From Octopus vulgaris (taxonomy: Eukaryota): a stretch of DNA of 64,000 nucleotides. Positions 25,021 through 37,900 of the stretch are shown here, piece by piece. The notes below the pieces were generated by a model. That model did no database searches. It saw nothing but the letters and a program-made list of their open reading frames with translations, and was not told the DNA's origin. The DNA lies in contig OX597819.1 of the NCBI GenBank assembly GCA_951406725.2, positions 41,602,001 to 41,666,000 on the forward strand, given 5' to 3'. The number at the start of each line of letters is the position of its first letter. Position 1 is the first letter of the stretch. The translations under genes were made by a program, and so were the position numbers.

Positions 25021-27168
25021 GTATCAGAAATTAGCATCGTGCACGTACATTAGCTTCGTCCAAAATCAAAAGAAAAATCAAAGAAAATATTAAAAATGTG
25101 CTGGCGTGATTGTATGGTGTAAGAAGTTTGCTTCCCAACCACATGACTCTGGGTTCAGTCCCTCTGTGTAGCACCTTAGCAAGTATCTTCAGCTATAGCC
25201 TTGGGCTGACCAAAGTCTTGTGAATGGATTTGATAGATGGAAACTGAAAGAAGCTTGTTGTATATATATGTGTGTGTGTGTGAATCTTTATGTCTGCACC
25301 TGTCCCCCCACCACTGCTTGACAACTGTTGATTAATAGAATGATTACCAGGCGTAAAAAAAAAATTAGTACTGGGGTCGATTCATTTGGCTAAAAATTCA
25401 AAGCAGTGCCCCCTGAATGGTCACTGGCTAATGACTGAAACCAGTAAAAGATAAGGAATTTTTTTTTTTGTCACTGTGTAGAAAAGAAGGTTAGTGTCTT
25501 TTGAGGTCTTTAAACCCACCTAGTTATTTTTTGTTTAACACCCATTTTTCCATGCTACCTGGCATTTGGATGAAGGGTTTTTTGAGGCAAGATTTTTATG
25601 ACCACATGTTCTTCTAGGCATCAACCCATACCTCTTTATCAAGTAGAGATCATTAAAAGAAAAACGACTGGTCATAATGCTAAAATCACCAGTAATTTAC
25701 TTAACCAGCAAACCACATGAAACATCAGCAATCACTCATACAGACACACACACAGCAGGCTTCCTGCAGTTTCTGCCAACAAAATTCTTCTACAAAGCAT
25801 TCATTGGCCTGGGGTTACTGAAAGCACTGAAGATTCCATGTGATAGGACTGAACTTGAAACCATGTGGTTAAAAACAAAATTTCTCAACTACAAACTTGC
25901 ATATAATAATCCAAATTTAGTCTTGTCTGTTAGGTGTTCAAATCCTATCAGGATTGATAAGAATCAGGGCTGTGATTACTATAATTAATTTTACACCTTC
26001 CGCCTAAGTTAACAATTAATATTTAAACTTAAAATTCTGATATATACAAATCATGCAGTATTAAATAGGCGTCAATGTATCATACTTAATGTATCAACAC
26101 TTGGCTTTTTACTCAACCAGGAAATTATTCACAACATCAGTGTAAGTTTTATACACTTTTTTTTTTACTATATCAGAGGTAAGAAATTCTTGTCTGAGCC
26201 TGTGGCTTACTGAAACTGCATACCATTGAAAAATCTCAAAAGGCTAAAATACACCTGGCATTCTCATTAGTTGCTGCTGATATGGATTTTCTCTCTCTCT
26301 GATATTTATTGTGCTTTTAAGACAATAAGTTCATTAGAGATGTTATCTCAAGACAAATACTACAGTAACTGGCCTATCACCTCTGTATATACATTAAGTA
26401 TGATACATGGATGATTAAACTTAAATTCAAACATCAAACCCTTATATTGTTTAGAAATAATTTTTTAAAAAAACACTTTCCTGGCATTACATTTTTTTTT
26501 ATTTTGAAAGAAAATGCTTTTTTCTATTTTCCTTTTTTGGTGCAGGTCTCATGACAAAAAAAAATTTATTATAATTACAAGTTAGATGAATAAAGCTATG
26601 CATGTTACTGCTATTTTAATGACACAGGAAGGAGGAGAGTCTGAACATCAGTAGAATATCATCAAAGGAAAGAGATGCTTCCTCAAAAATTCAAAGCGTG
26701 AAAGCTAACATGTTTTCTCCACGTGCACAGATAAGGTTATGTAGTTAAATATGCTTTTCAAACACTTGGTTCTAGGTTTGATTTCCTGATGCTTCATCTT
26801 GGGACATTGCTTCAAGGTCCATGTTTCCATGTTCACAGGGGTTGGACAGAATTTGTTGAGGGAGATTTTTTTACAGCTGGATGCTCTACTTGTTACCAAC
26901 CCTCACATGTTTCCAAGCAAGATAATATTTCCCATGTCCAGACATGCATGCACAGAAGATTGAATACAAAGGACACTTCTATCATGGTGATATTTGTTTC
27001 ACAACCATCACACAAAATCAAAGCCAGGAGACAAGAGCATAGACACACACCAATACATGCATATGACAGTCACACAGCTTGATTCAACCTGGAACTATAC
27101 AAGACACTTGTCCAAGGTACCACACAATGGGACTGAAGCTGAAACCATGTGGATGAGGAAAAATAATT

Positions 27169-27595
27169 TGTAGGGCGAAATCAAGTAGACAGAAATTGTA
27201 AACTCCTAATTGTTGGGAGTGCCTATTTCTGGGGTATTGTACTTGTACCTGCGGCAGCATTCACCAAGGGTAGGTTGAGACGACTCCAACCAACAAGTTT
27301 GGAGCTTCGGTGGAATAGAAGTTCACATGTGGTCCCCGGTCACATGCATGCACACTTTGGAGTAGTGTTATCGATAGCATCTCATCTTACCATTGATTGT
27401 ATTTCTGGAGTAGTAGAAATAATCCATTGCCTAATTTAACACCATCCACTGGTGCCTTTAATGGGGTCTGCACCGTTAGAAACATTCAGACCATTTCTCC
27501 AGTGTGAGAAACCAGGACCAAATTTAGTATCCTAGTATGATGCAATTTGTTGAATAACCGTTGTGTCAGGATTTCTCTTCCCCCTTTCCCCTACA
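27169..27595. mobile_element. Probable solo LTR
   Basis: TGTAGGG...CCCTACA termini with aatt/aatc 4-bp flanks. Confidence 0.5.
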
Positions 27596-28292
27596 AATCT
27601 TTGAGACCCTACAATAAAGAGTCCACTTGCTCAACTCTTCTCTACCTCGAACTAAGCTATAAATAGCTTTTTTTTTTTTTTTATTTTAGAAAAACTGGGG
27701 CTATTGAAATTATTTCAAAACTACCAACTAAAAAAAAAAAATTTTGAACATCTATTAATAAATGACAACTCTGAAACTGAAAATTCGGAGATTTTTATTG
27801 ACATAAAAATGAAATTAAAAAAAGGTGAAATTTCAACAAATGATGATAATGGTTTAAAAAATTCTGAAAAGATTTCAATAAGAAAGTATATTGGTAATAT
27901 TGAATATAAAATAGCTATTCTCTAAATCTTTAACCCTTTAGCACTCAAATTACTCAGCCAAATGTAATATTTATTCATTTACATTGGATTTAATCAATTG
28001 AACCTTAGCTTCATAATTTCAATGATGTGATTGCAGGGTAGGTGTGAGAGGTTGGATCTGGTTGGTTTGAACGTAAAACAGGCAGAAGATTTGGATCTGA
28101 TGTAGCCAGTTTAAATGCAAGAGGATTAAACTTCATAAAAACAAAATGGTTGCATTTAACAATATCCTCAAATATTTAAAATTTATATTAAAATATAAAA
28201 TCTTTAGAGTTATGATTTATCATGTTGGAATATGTTCCTGTATTTAGACTTTATTCTGAACAGTTTTTATATATACAAATCAAATACACCCG

Positions 28293-28350
28293 ATTTTATT
28301 TCTGTAAAACATTATATATATATATATATAATGTTTTACAGAAATAAAAT
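28293..28350. repeat. Perfect 58-bp palindrome downstream of the Duox stop codon
   Basis: attttatttctgtaaaacat-(ta)9-atgttttacagaaataaaat; contains AATAAA on both strands. Confidence 0.85.
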
Positions 28351-28660
28351 ATATATAACAATGTGTTATAAAATATATAAAGTTATATATTATACACTGT
28401 GCAAACATTATCTGATATAAAAGTCATTATGTTGGGGAGAGTAAACAGCAGATACATGTTTGTTATATCAAGAAATTTACATATACATATATGATTGGGA
28501 AAAGGGAAAAAGGATTTTAGATCACATATCTAAAACAAAAACTGTACATATATCTTTATTTTCACTTCCTCTATCATCAAAAGAGTCACTGGTTAGTTAA
28601 GTCCAGTTATAATCCCACAATGTGGAATGAAGAAATCGAAAATTTAGAATATGAGCAGTA

Positions 28661-28783
28661 TTAAAAATTTTCATAATGATGTTTAAAAAGTGCTTTTGTT
28701 GTTTTGCCAGCTTCATTACAAGCTCTTTCAACACTTTTGGTTATTCCATGTGGTCCACAACTGAAAACGCCAACATTTCGCAC
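28661..28783 (-). CDS. DUOX: Duox terminal coding exon
   Basis: cag|[22 protein letters not shown]...[11 protein letters not shown]. Confidence 0.95.
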   Translation of the reverse strand: MRNVGVFSCGPHGITKSVERACNEAGKTTKALFKHHYENF

Positions 28784-30757
28784 CTGAAAAACAGAAGCAA
28801 AAGATTAAAAAAATCTATTAAAAAAAAACAAATACTTTCTCTTATATATGCAGTAAACTCTCAGTTTAACAGGCCCTGATTTAATGTATTTCAGATTTAG
28901 TGAACTGAATAAGAATTTCAACTTTTGGTACAGGGCTAAAAATTTTCAGGGCTGGATAAAAATTGATTATATTGATTAACTTGATGATGATCCCAGTGTT
29001 CAACTGGTATTTATTTTATCAATCCCCAAATGGATGAAAGGCTAAGTCAACCATGTCAGAATTTGAACTCAGAACATAGAGAACCAGAAGAGTTATTGCT
29101 TAGTATTTTCTGCTGCATGATAATGGTTCTGACAACTTGTCATCTCAATGATAAAGATAATTTTCCTTTCTGTTCTAAGAATAAGGCCTTAAATTTTGAT
29201 AGGGTGGAGGGCTAATTGATAACATCAACTCCAGTACTCAACTGGTTCTCATTTCATCATCCACAAAGGATGAATGGTAAGGTCAACCTCAGTGGCTACA
29301 ATTCTGTCAGCTCACCATCTTGACGATAATGATAGCTTCAATTCTAAATTTTGACACAGGGCCAGCAGTTTTTGAGGGGAGGGTAAGTTGATTATATCAA
29401 CTCCAATATTTGACTGGTACTAATTTTAACAGCCCCAAAAGGATGAAAGGCAAAGTTGACCTCGGTAGAGTTTGAACTCAGAACAAAGATGGATGAAATG
29501 CTGCTTAGCACTTTGACTGGCATGCTAAAGATTCTGCCAGCTCACCACCTTAAAAATAATAATAATAATCCTTTCTCCTAAAGACCCAAGGCCTGGAATT
29601 TTGGAGGAGAGGGTAAGTCAATTACATTGACCTCAGTGTTTCAATGGTACTTAATTTATTGATCCCCAAAAGAATGAAAAGCAAAGTTAACCTCAGCGGA
29701 ATTTGAACTCAGAATGTAAAGATGGACAAAATGTTGCTGAGCAAAAATACTCTTCATTCACTGTCAAAAAGGGAAAATAGGAATTACATATCCTTTATGA
29801 TATGTTTCAAATTTTATATAATATAAAATGCGTAATGTATTCCAAAATCAAAATGGTCCCTAAGCTACCTTCAGTTTAATGAACATTCAGCTTTAAAGGA
29901 CATGCCTTTCTTTCAATTAGTCCTTTAACCCTTTTGATACCAACCTGGCTGAAACTGGCTCTGGCTTTGAGTACAAATGTCTTGTTTTCATAAGTTTTGA
30001 ATTAAAATCTTCCACCAAGCCTTAGTCACAATTTATGTTCTTAATACCAGCTGAATGATAACCAAGTTATTTTACTAAATTCTTTGTTATATTTAAAATT
30101 AATTTTAAATTAATTGAAAGAAACACAGAGCATCTCAAAATAAATACAGTAAAGGGTTAAAGTAAAGATTTACTGTGTTTTGAAAAAGATTTTATAATCT
30201 ATCGCAGAGAAGATGCTCATGAAATATAAATGGAAAATAAAAATAGGAAAGTAATTAAATAAATGATCATGTCGAGCTATGGTCAAAAGCATTTCAAACA
30301 TGAGTATCTCACCTATTTGTATATCAGTGTCGGATGCAATGGTCAGCAACAGCTAGACCACAGCTGATAATTTGGTCACTGAAGTGTATGTTGTGTATCT
30401 TGGACCTTTTAAAAACAATTTTCAAAGCATGGCCATGTCGTTTAGCATCTCACTTTGCAACTAAATGATTTGGGGTACAGTTACACTGCATGACACCTTA
30501 GGCAAGTAATTTCTATGACAGCCCTTGACCAACAAATGCCTTGAGCGAATTTGGTAGAAAGAAACTGTGTTGAAGCCTGTCATATAGGCATAGGAGTGGC
30601 TGTGTGGTAAGTAGTTTGCTTACCAACCACATGGTTCCAGGTTCAGTCACACTGCATAGCACCTTGGGCAAGTGTCTTCTACTATAGCCTCGGGCCAACC
30701 AAAGCCTTGTGAGTGGATTTGGTAGACGGAAACTGAAAGAAGCCCGTCGTGTATGTG

Positions 30758-30816
<59 letters not shown>

Positions 30817-31015
30817 ATGTTTGTTTGTCCCCCCAACATCGCTTGACAACTGATGCTGGTGTGTTTACATCCCTGTAACTTAGCGGTTCAGCAAAAGAGG
30901 CCGATAGAATAAGTACTAGGCTTACAAAGAATAAGTCCTGGGGTTGATTTGCTCGACTAAAGGCGGTGCTCCAGCATGGCCACAGTCAAATTACTGAAAC
31001 AAGTAAAAGAGTAAA

Positions 31016-31054
<39 letters not shown>

Positions 31055-32215
31055 TAGGCATGTGTGGGAGTTTGTGCTTCTCCTCTCCAACTGATCAACA
31101 CCCAGTGTTGGTTTGTTAATGTTCCAATAGATTAGTGGTTCAGTAAAAGAGACTGATAGAATTAGTATCATCGTCATTTAATGTCCGCTTTCCATGCTAG
31201 CATGGATTGGATGATTTGACTGAGGACTGGCAAACCAGATGGCTGCACCAGGCTTCAATCTTGATCTGGAAGTGTTTCTACAGCTGGATGCCCTTCCTAA
31301 TGCCAACCACTCCGAGAGTGTAGCGTGTGCTTTTACATGCCATCGGCAGGAGGGCCAGTCAGGCGGTACTGCCAATGGCCATGCTCAAATGGTGCTTTTT
31401 ACATGCCACCTGCACAGGAGCCAGTCAAGAGGTACTGGCAACAACCTCACTCGAATGTTTTTTCATGTGCCAGTAAGGTGACGCTGGTAATGAAAAAGAA
31501 GGCTTTCCTACCCGCAAAATGCTAAGGTGAATTTATTCAGGATGTCTGCAATGACAAGACACCAAACAACATATTTACATGAGTTTTCAATAATATTCTA
31601 ATAAAAGCTTTTATAAATTGATCGCATTGAAAGGAAATAATGCTCATAGAACTACAATTTACCTGAGGATTGCATTTATGTATATGCTGCATCATTTCAA
31701 CAAGCTGTGGCCTACCAAAGTGTGTTTTAGCTTTTAAGCCTGTAAAAACACTTTTTCCCATAGAAAGTTTCTGAAAATATTCTTCACAAATAAACTGCAA
31801 TGATAAAAAAAGAAAATAGGTTTTCTTTGTAGCATTTAAAAATTCTTAAATGACTTTTTAAAAAGAATCTACTAACAAAAGTTAATCAAGAAGGTTACAA
31901 CTAGATTGAAGTATTGTGGAATATGTAGATATTCAGTGTGTTATAAATGGTAATAATGCAAATAGAACATTTTTAATGCTTATTGTTTATTTATTTTATG
32001 GCCATTTTTCAGTGCTAGCATAGGTTGGACAGGGACTTACTTGAGGCAGCATTTTATTGAATGTCCTTAACAACCCTAACCAGTTTTTCAAGTAGAAAAG
32101 TTGTTATTCCACTTGTCTATGAAAATGCAAAGCAAACGCTTGTAATGTCAACATGGAATGTAAACATCATCACTGTTTCACTCTGATGGTGAGAAGCCAT
32201 GTAACATCATCTCTT

Positions 32216-32246
<31 letters not shown>

Positions 32247-34869
32247 AATAAAACACACAGAGCTTCCATCTACCAATTCCAATTCTACTCACAAGACATT
32301 GGTTGGTCTGAGACTATTGTAGAAAGCATAAGCCAAGAGTGTCACACAATAAGATAGAACTTACAACCACGTGGTTACAAACTATACAATAAATTAATAA
32401 TTAAATCAGGATATTCAGATTTACAAATTTAAACTAATGGAAGAAAAATAAATTCAACATACCATCATTGCTGTCCTCAAATCATAATTCTGAAAGAATT
32501 TAGTGATAAAAATCTCTATTTCAACCAATCCTTTTGTATCAACTCTTTCTACCTCTTGAAGAATATCAATGAGCCATTCAAAATGTCTGTGACTACCAGT
32601 GACCCAAATAAAATACAGCTGAAATAGAAGTTTTATGAAAATCATTATCATTTTTCATCCACTTTCAATACTAGTTTAGGGTGGACAGACAAACACTGTT
32701 TACCTGCCCTCTTATATGGGTTGGAATACCACCTCTTGCCTATATGCATTTCCTTTTTGACTTGGCTATCCTTCCTAACATCAACTTCTTTACATACTGT
32801 ACTGGATGCCTTTTATTGTGGCACCATAGAGTTTGCCATATTCTCAGCATGACTAAAGGATTCTTAAAACAGAAAGCCATCATTGCAAAAACCAGTCATT
32901 AATTAACTTAAGAATAATTAAATACCAATAAATGCAGAGTATATATGGGGAGTTGCTACATGGCTGTTTGACATCCTAGAAATAATTATTAAACCTGGTC
33001 TCCTTGAAATTACTCCCTAAGATCTTCGTTGGTCAGAGTTCGCCATGTAGCTGCACCTGTATCAAAGTGTAGTCCTGGGTAATACGGCTACACATTTCGC
33101 CTGGTGTGCTAACGTTTCTGCCAGCTAAGGAATGGCACAATGTCTAGGAGAAAATCGTTACCCAAATGGATTGAAGTACAGTACAGCAACTAATTATTTA
33201 ACAGTTAACTAGAAGTAAAGTTTTCAACAGAATTGGAAATTCTGATAAAAATTTCAATGCAAAACTTTATTTTAAAATGGTTTCATTTTAAAAACATCAT
33301 TTAGAAAAATAAAAACTTTTAAATACACTCTTGAAACAGCAAAATCTCAGCAGCATTGATTTAAATTATATTCTGTAACTCACTTTTTGACATTTCATCT
33401 TGTAAGTATTTTTTATAGCAGACATTTTCACAAAATCCTTTAGGATGGAAGCATAAGGTGTTACTCCAATTCCAGCACCAACCAAAACACTGATGTCAAA
33501 CCGATACCAATCTTGTTGTCCAGCACCATAAGGACCATCTAAATATAACTGAAAGTAAAGCAAAATAGACATCAATAGAATGGTAATTATTGTTAATTGG
33601 TAAAATATTCTTATATTAAACAGGATCAATAAATAAATCATTTCATCCTTGACTCCCGTATTGCTATTGCTGTCCTTTATCTCTAAACAAACAAAAAGCT
33701 TGCTTCTCAACCATGTGGTCTTAGGTTTCAGTCCCATAGTGTGGCACCTTGAGTAAACATTTTCCACTACAGCCCCAGGCTGACCAAAGCGTTGTGATTG
33801 GATTTGGCAGGTGGAAACTGAAAGAAGCCCATTGTGTGTTTGTGTGTGTTTACTGCTTGACAACCAGTATTGGTTTGCTTATGTTCCTGACAAAAAGAAA
33901 CAAACAGAATAAATACCGGGTTTAAAAATAAGTACAGGGGTCAATTTGTGCAACTAAACCTGTCAAGACTGTGCACCAGCATGGCCACAGTCCAAAGACC
34001 AAAACAAGTAGAAGATAAACTTACAATACATCATACGAGATGCATCCAAGAGAAGCCATTTGAAGAGCACCACAACATATTTGTTACATTTTAAAGCCCA
34101 TTTTAGTTTTCATTTAAGAAGTACGGTAATTGAACTATTAACTATGATTACTGGAATTTTCTTTGGGACAAGTAATTTTCTAGTCACTGAAGACTATAAA
34201 ATATACTCTTCTCTGCAAACTATACATCTGTAGTTCCCATTCACTTAGAATCAGAGTATAATCATCATCATTTTAATGTCTATTTTCCCATGTTTGCATA
34301 GGTTGAACAGAATTCCTGGAGGCAAGTTTTCTACAGTCAGATGCGTTTATTCTCACCAACCTTCAGTTTCCAAGCAAGGTAATATTTTTCTCCTATGAAG
34401 ACTGGTTAGGTTATTAAGCTCATGATTGCAAGGTTGTGAGTTTGACACCTTGTCGTGTGTTGTATCCTTGAGCAAGACACTTTATTTTCCATTGCTCCAG
34501 TCGACTCAGCTGGTAAAAGCGAGTTGTACCTGTATTTCAAAGGGCCAGCCTTGTCACATTCTGTGTCAGGCTATGTTAAGGATACATGTATCTGTGGCAT
34601 GCTTAGCCACTTGCACATTAATTCTGTGAGCTGGCTGTTCCGTTGATTGAATCAACTCTGACCATCATTGTCATAACTGATGGACCAATGTGTGTCCACT
34701 AATATTTCTCCATGGCTGGATATATTTTCAAAGAAGATTGGAAATGAGCAATACTACTTGTATAACTGGTGACACTTGTTTTTACAACTATCTCATGGTA
34801 TCAAGACAGGTTAACAAATACACACACTGCATATATACACACACATTTGTGTGTACGAGAGTGTTATAT

Positions 34870-34908
<39 letters not shown>

Positions 34909-37900
34909 CACCCATGCACATCATAAAATGCATAAGAAACTATATAGTAATATAATTCAGATACCGATTTTTCATTCATTATCAGATATGTACAGATAAG
35001 CTCCTTTTCCTTTCATTTTGAAATGTGAATGTATAACAAAGTACCAACTGTACTATTTCTATTTCATATCTGAATGGTTTGGGAACATGATAGATTCATG
35101 CTCAGTATTGCTACATTTAAAATTAATGCCAATTAAGAAGAAACTAAAAGAAATTTTTTTATCTAGTTTGGTTATTTTAATGCAAATTTTTAATGTTACT
35201 TTATATTAAACTAAAAATAATCCTTATTTTTATCTGTTGATTTTATATTACAAATATTTTAAGAATTTACTTTTGGATAAGGTTCTTCTTTTAGGTTCAC
35301 AGGATCAAATATTCCACGCATCTTCCAGGTCCATGGTCCAAGAGCTCTTATATGCACTGAAAGTGTGTCCTCATAAGGTGCTGATGTCAATGTAAAAGGA
35401 TGGAATTCTCCAGCACTAATTGAAGCACATGCTATTTTCACCCATTGTCCAGACTTGTAATCAAAATCTTGTGGACGTTTAAACTCAATATAAGTTACAT
35501 CTGGAATTAAAAAAAATTTGCATCTATTAGCATAAGAGAAATTCAAACACATACAGTCTTCAAATGAGCAGACCATAACAAAAGAAATTAGATTCAAATA
35601 CTGCCATGGTTAACTTTGCCATTTATCTTTCTAGAATAGATAAAATTTATAACAGTAATTCAATGGGGATGGAGTCATTTCATCATCAGTCATTTAACAT
35701 CTGCTTTCCATGCTGGCATAGATTGGACAGTTTGACTGAAGATTGGCAAGCCAAGGGGCTGCACCAGGCTCCAATCTGATTTGGCAAGATTTCTACAGCT
35801 GGATGCCCTTCCAAATGTCAACCACTCTGAGAGTGTAGTGAGTGCTTTTTACATTCCACCAGCACAGGTGCCAGTCAGGCAGCACTGGCATCAGCCATGC
35901 TCGAATGGTGCTTTTTATGTACCACCAGCACAGGTGCCAGTCTGGTGGCACTGGTTTTTCTTGTCGTGGAGAGGGATGGGCTCTGCTAAGTGAAAAATGC
36001 CCAAGACATATGTCACAACAGTGCCCTTGCAACTCCATCAAGGATTCAAGGGCTCAAAGCAAAGTATTTGCTTTTCTGCAAATATTGTTTAACAATGATA
36101 ATTTTTACATAAGTAGAAGGCCAGACATTTGGTGCAAGAGACAGTAAACTAATGATATGTTATTTTTACTGATCTCAGAAAGATCGAAAGCAAAGTTGGC
36201 ATCAACAAGGTTTAGAAAGGCAGTTACAATAAATGATATCAACCCTCGTGCTTGAATGATACTTATTTTATCAACCCCTTTCAGTATCTTCACTCCTAAT
36301 CCCTTTATCCAGTAATGCTAATGAACAATTCATCTACCAACTATAAAGGGTACTCTCTTCCTCACAGAAAGATAGTTTATTCCAGTTTGTAAACTTTTTT
36401 TTGTATTCCCTATTTACCTGTTGGTAAATAGTAAATACAAAAAGACCATCACTAGTTTCCTCAAAACCAGTTTACCATGTTTACTAATTCAAAATTAGTT
36501 TCACTTTGGGTACAAAAGCTTTAAATTCCAGCAATTATAAGTATTAATCTTAATGTTATATAAAAATAGTAATCTGGTGTATGCAACTGAGGCAGTATTG
36601 AATTAAACTAGTTATCTATGTAGTGTAGCTAATGTATACACAATAGGCCGGTTACAGTAGCATTTCTCTGAGATAACATCTCTTATGAATGTGCTGTGTT
36701 AAAAACACAGATATCAGACAGACAAAAATCTGTTCCAGCATCAGTCAGCAAGAACACCAGATACATTTCAGACTTCTTAGGCCTTTTCAGTGACATACTC
36801 ACAGCCAATCACATGATCCAGTCAAGAATTTATTGCCTCTAATGTAGTAGAAAGTAAATAAAGCGTTCACTAATGTTATGAATAGCAACCTGGCTGAATA
36901 GAAATTTAGTATATGCACTTGAAGCAGTATTAAATTAAAATAGCCATTTCTGTATTATACTTAATGTATACACATTGTTGATAACCGAGTTACTATAGTA
37001 TTTGTCCCAATATAACATCTCTTAAGGATGTGTTGTGATAACCATTTGCTACATCATTGAATGTTTTGTTCACTTTTTCCTATATCAGAGATGAAAATTT
37101 CTCATTCAAGTATGTGGTTGGCTGCAAGTATGTGCATTAGGAAGGCTTCTCCACACCCAAAGGAAGGTCAAAATGTATATGGTATTCTCATTGGCTGCTA
37201 TCAGGAAAGATTTTCATCTCCCTCTGACATTTGTTGTGTTTTTAACACAGCATTCTTTAAAACATTTTTTTCTGCTTTCTAATAAATAACTAGGCAGAAA
37301 ATGCTCATCAACAGAGATAAACCACAACCATTTGTTACTCTAAGTATGGCTTGGTAACATATGCCATACTTTTGCTAATAGTTTTAGGGTCTGTGTAGTT
37401 AAGACTCAAACAGCTTCTTGGCCCTTTCACACTGAGTGGAGCAACTTTCCTTACATCCAGCTGTAAGGAAAGAGGATTGCACCAACATCAACCTGCTATT
37501 CATTAAAGTTGAGTAGATTGGATCAATGTGAACTGAAGTGCTTTGCTCAAGAGCACAATGCTCTGCCCTACCCGAAATTGAACCCTCAATCTTATGATCA
37601 TGAACAAAAACACCTTAACCACTAGGCCACATGTTTCGGGTAAACACTTGCATGCTGAGGGTGCTGCTGTATCCTGTTTCTGAATAGAGGAGTTGGTATC
37701 TCATCAGACAATGAAACAGCTCTGTAGGTTTTTCAGCCCCTCTTTGCAGAAACACCTACAGTGCTGCCTAAGGTCACCCACTGATGTAGGCAACAAAACC
37801 ATACAGCAGCATGAGATTTGCTAGTCAGAGGACTCAACATCTGGGCCAGATGTTCCTACCATCTTTGATGTTCATTTGCATTGCACCACTCATCCTCACT

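Noticed and set aside
24200-28200. A DUOXA maturation-factor gene or other host gene between Duox and FAXC
   Set aside because: No recognisable exons were found. DUOXA, when linked, is often head-to-head at the Duox 5' end, which is outside this window.
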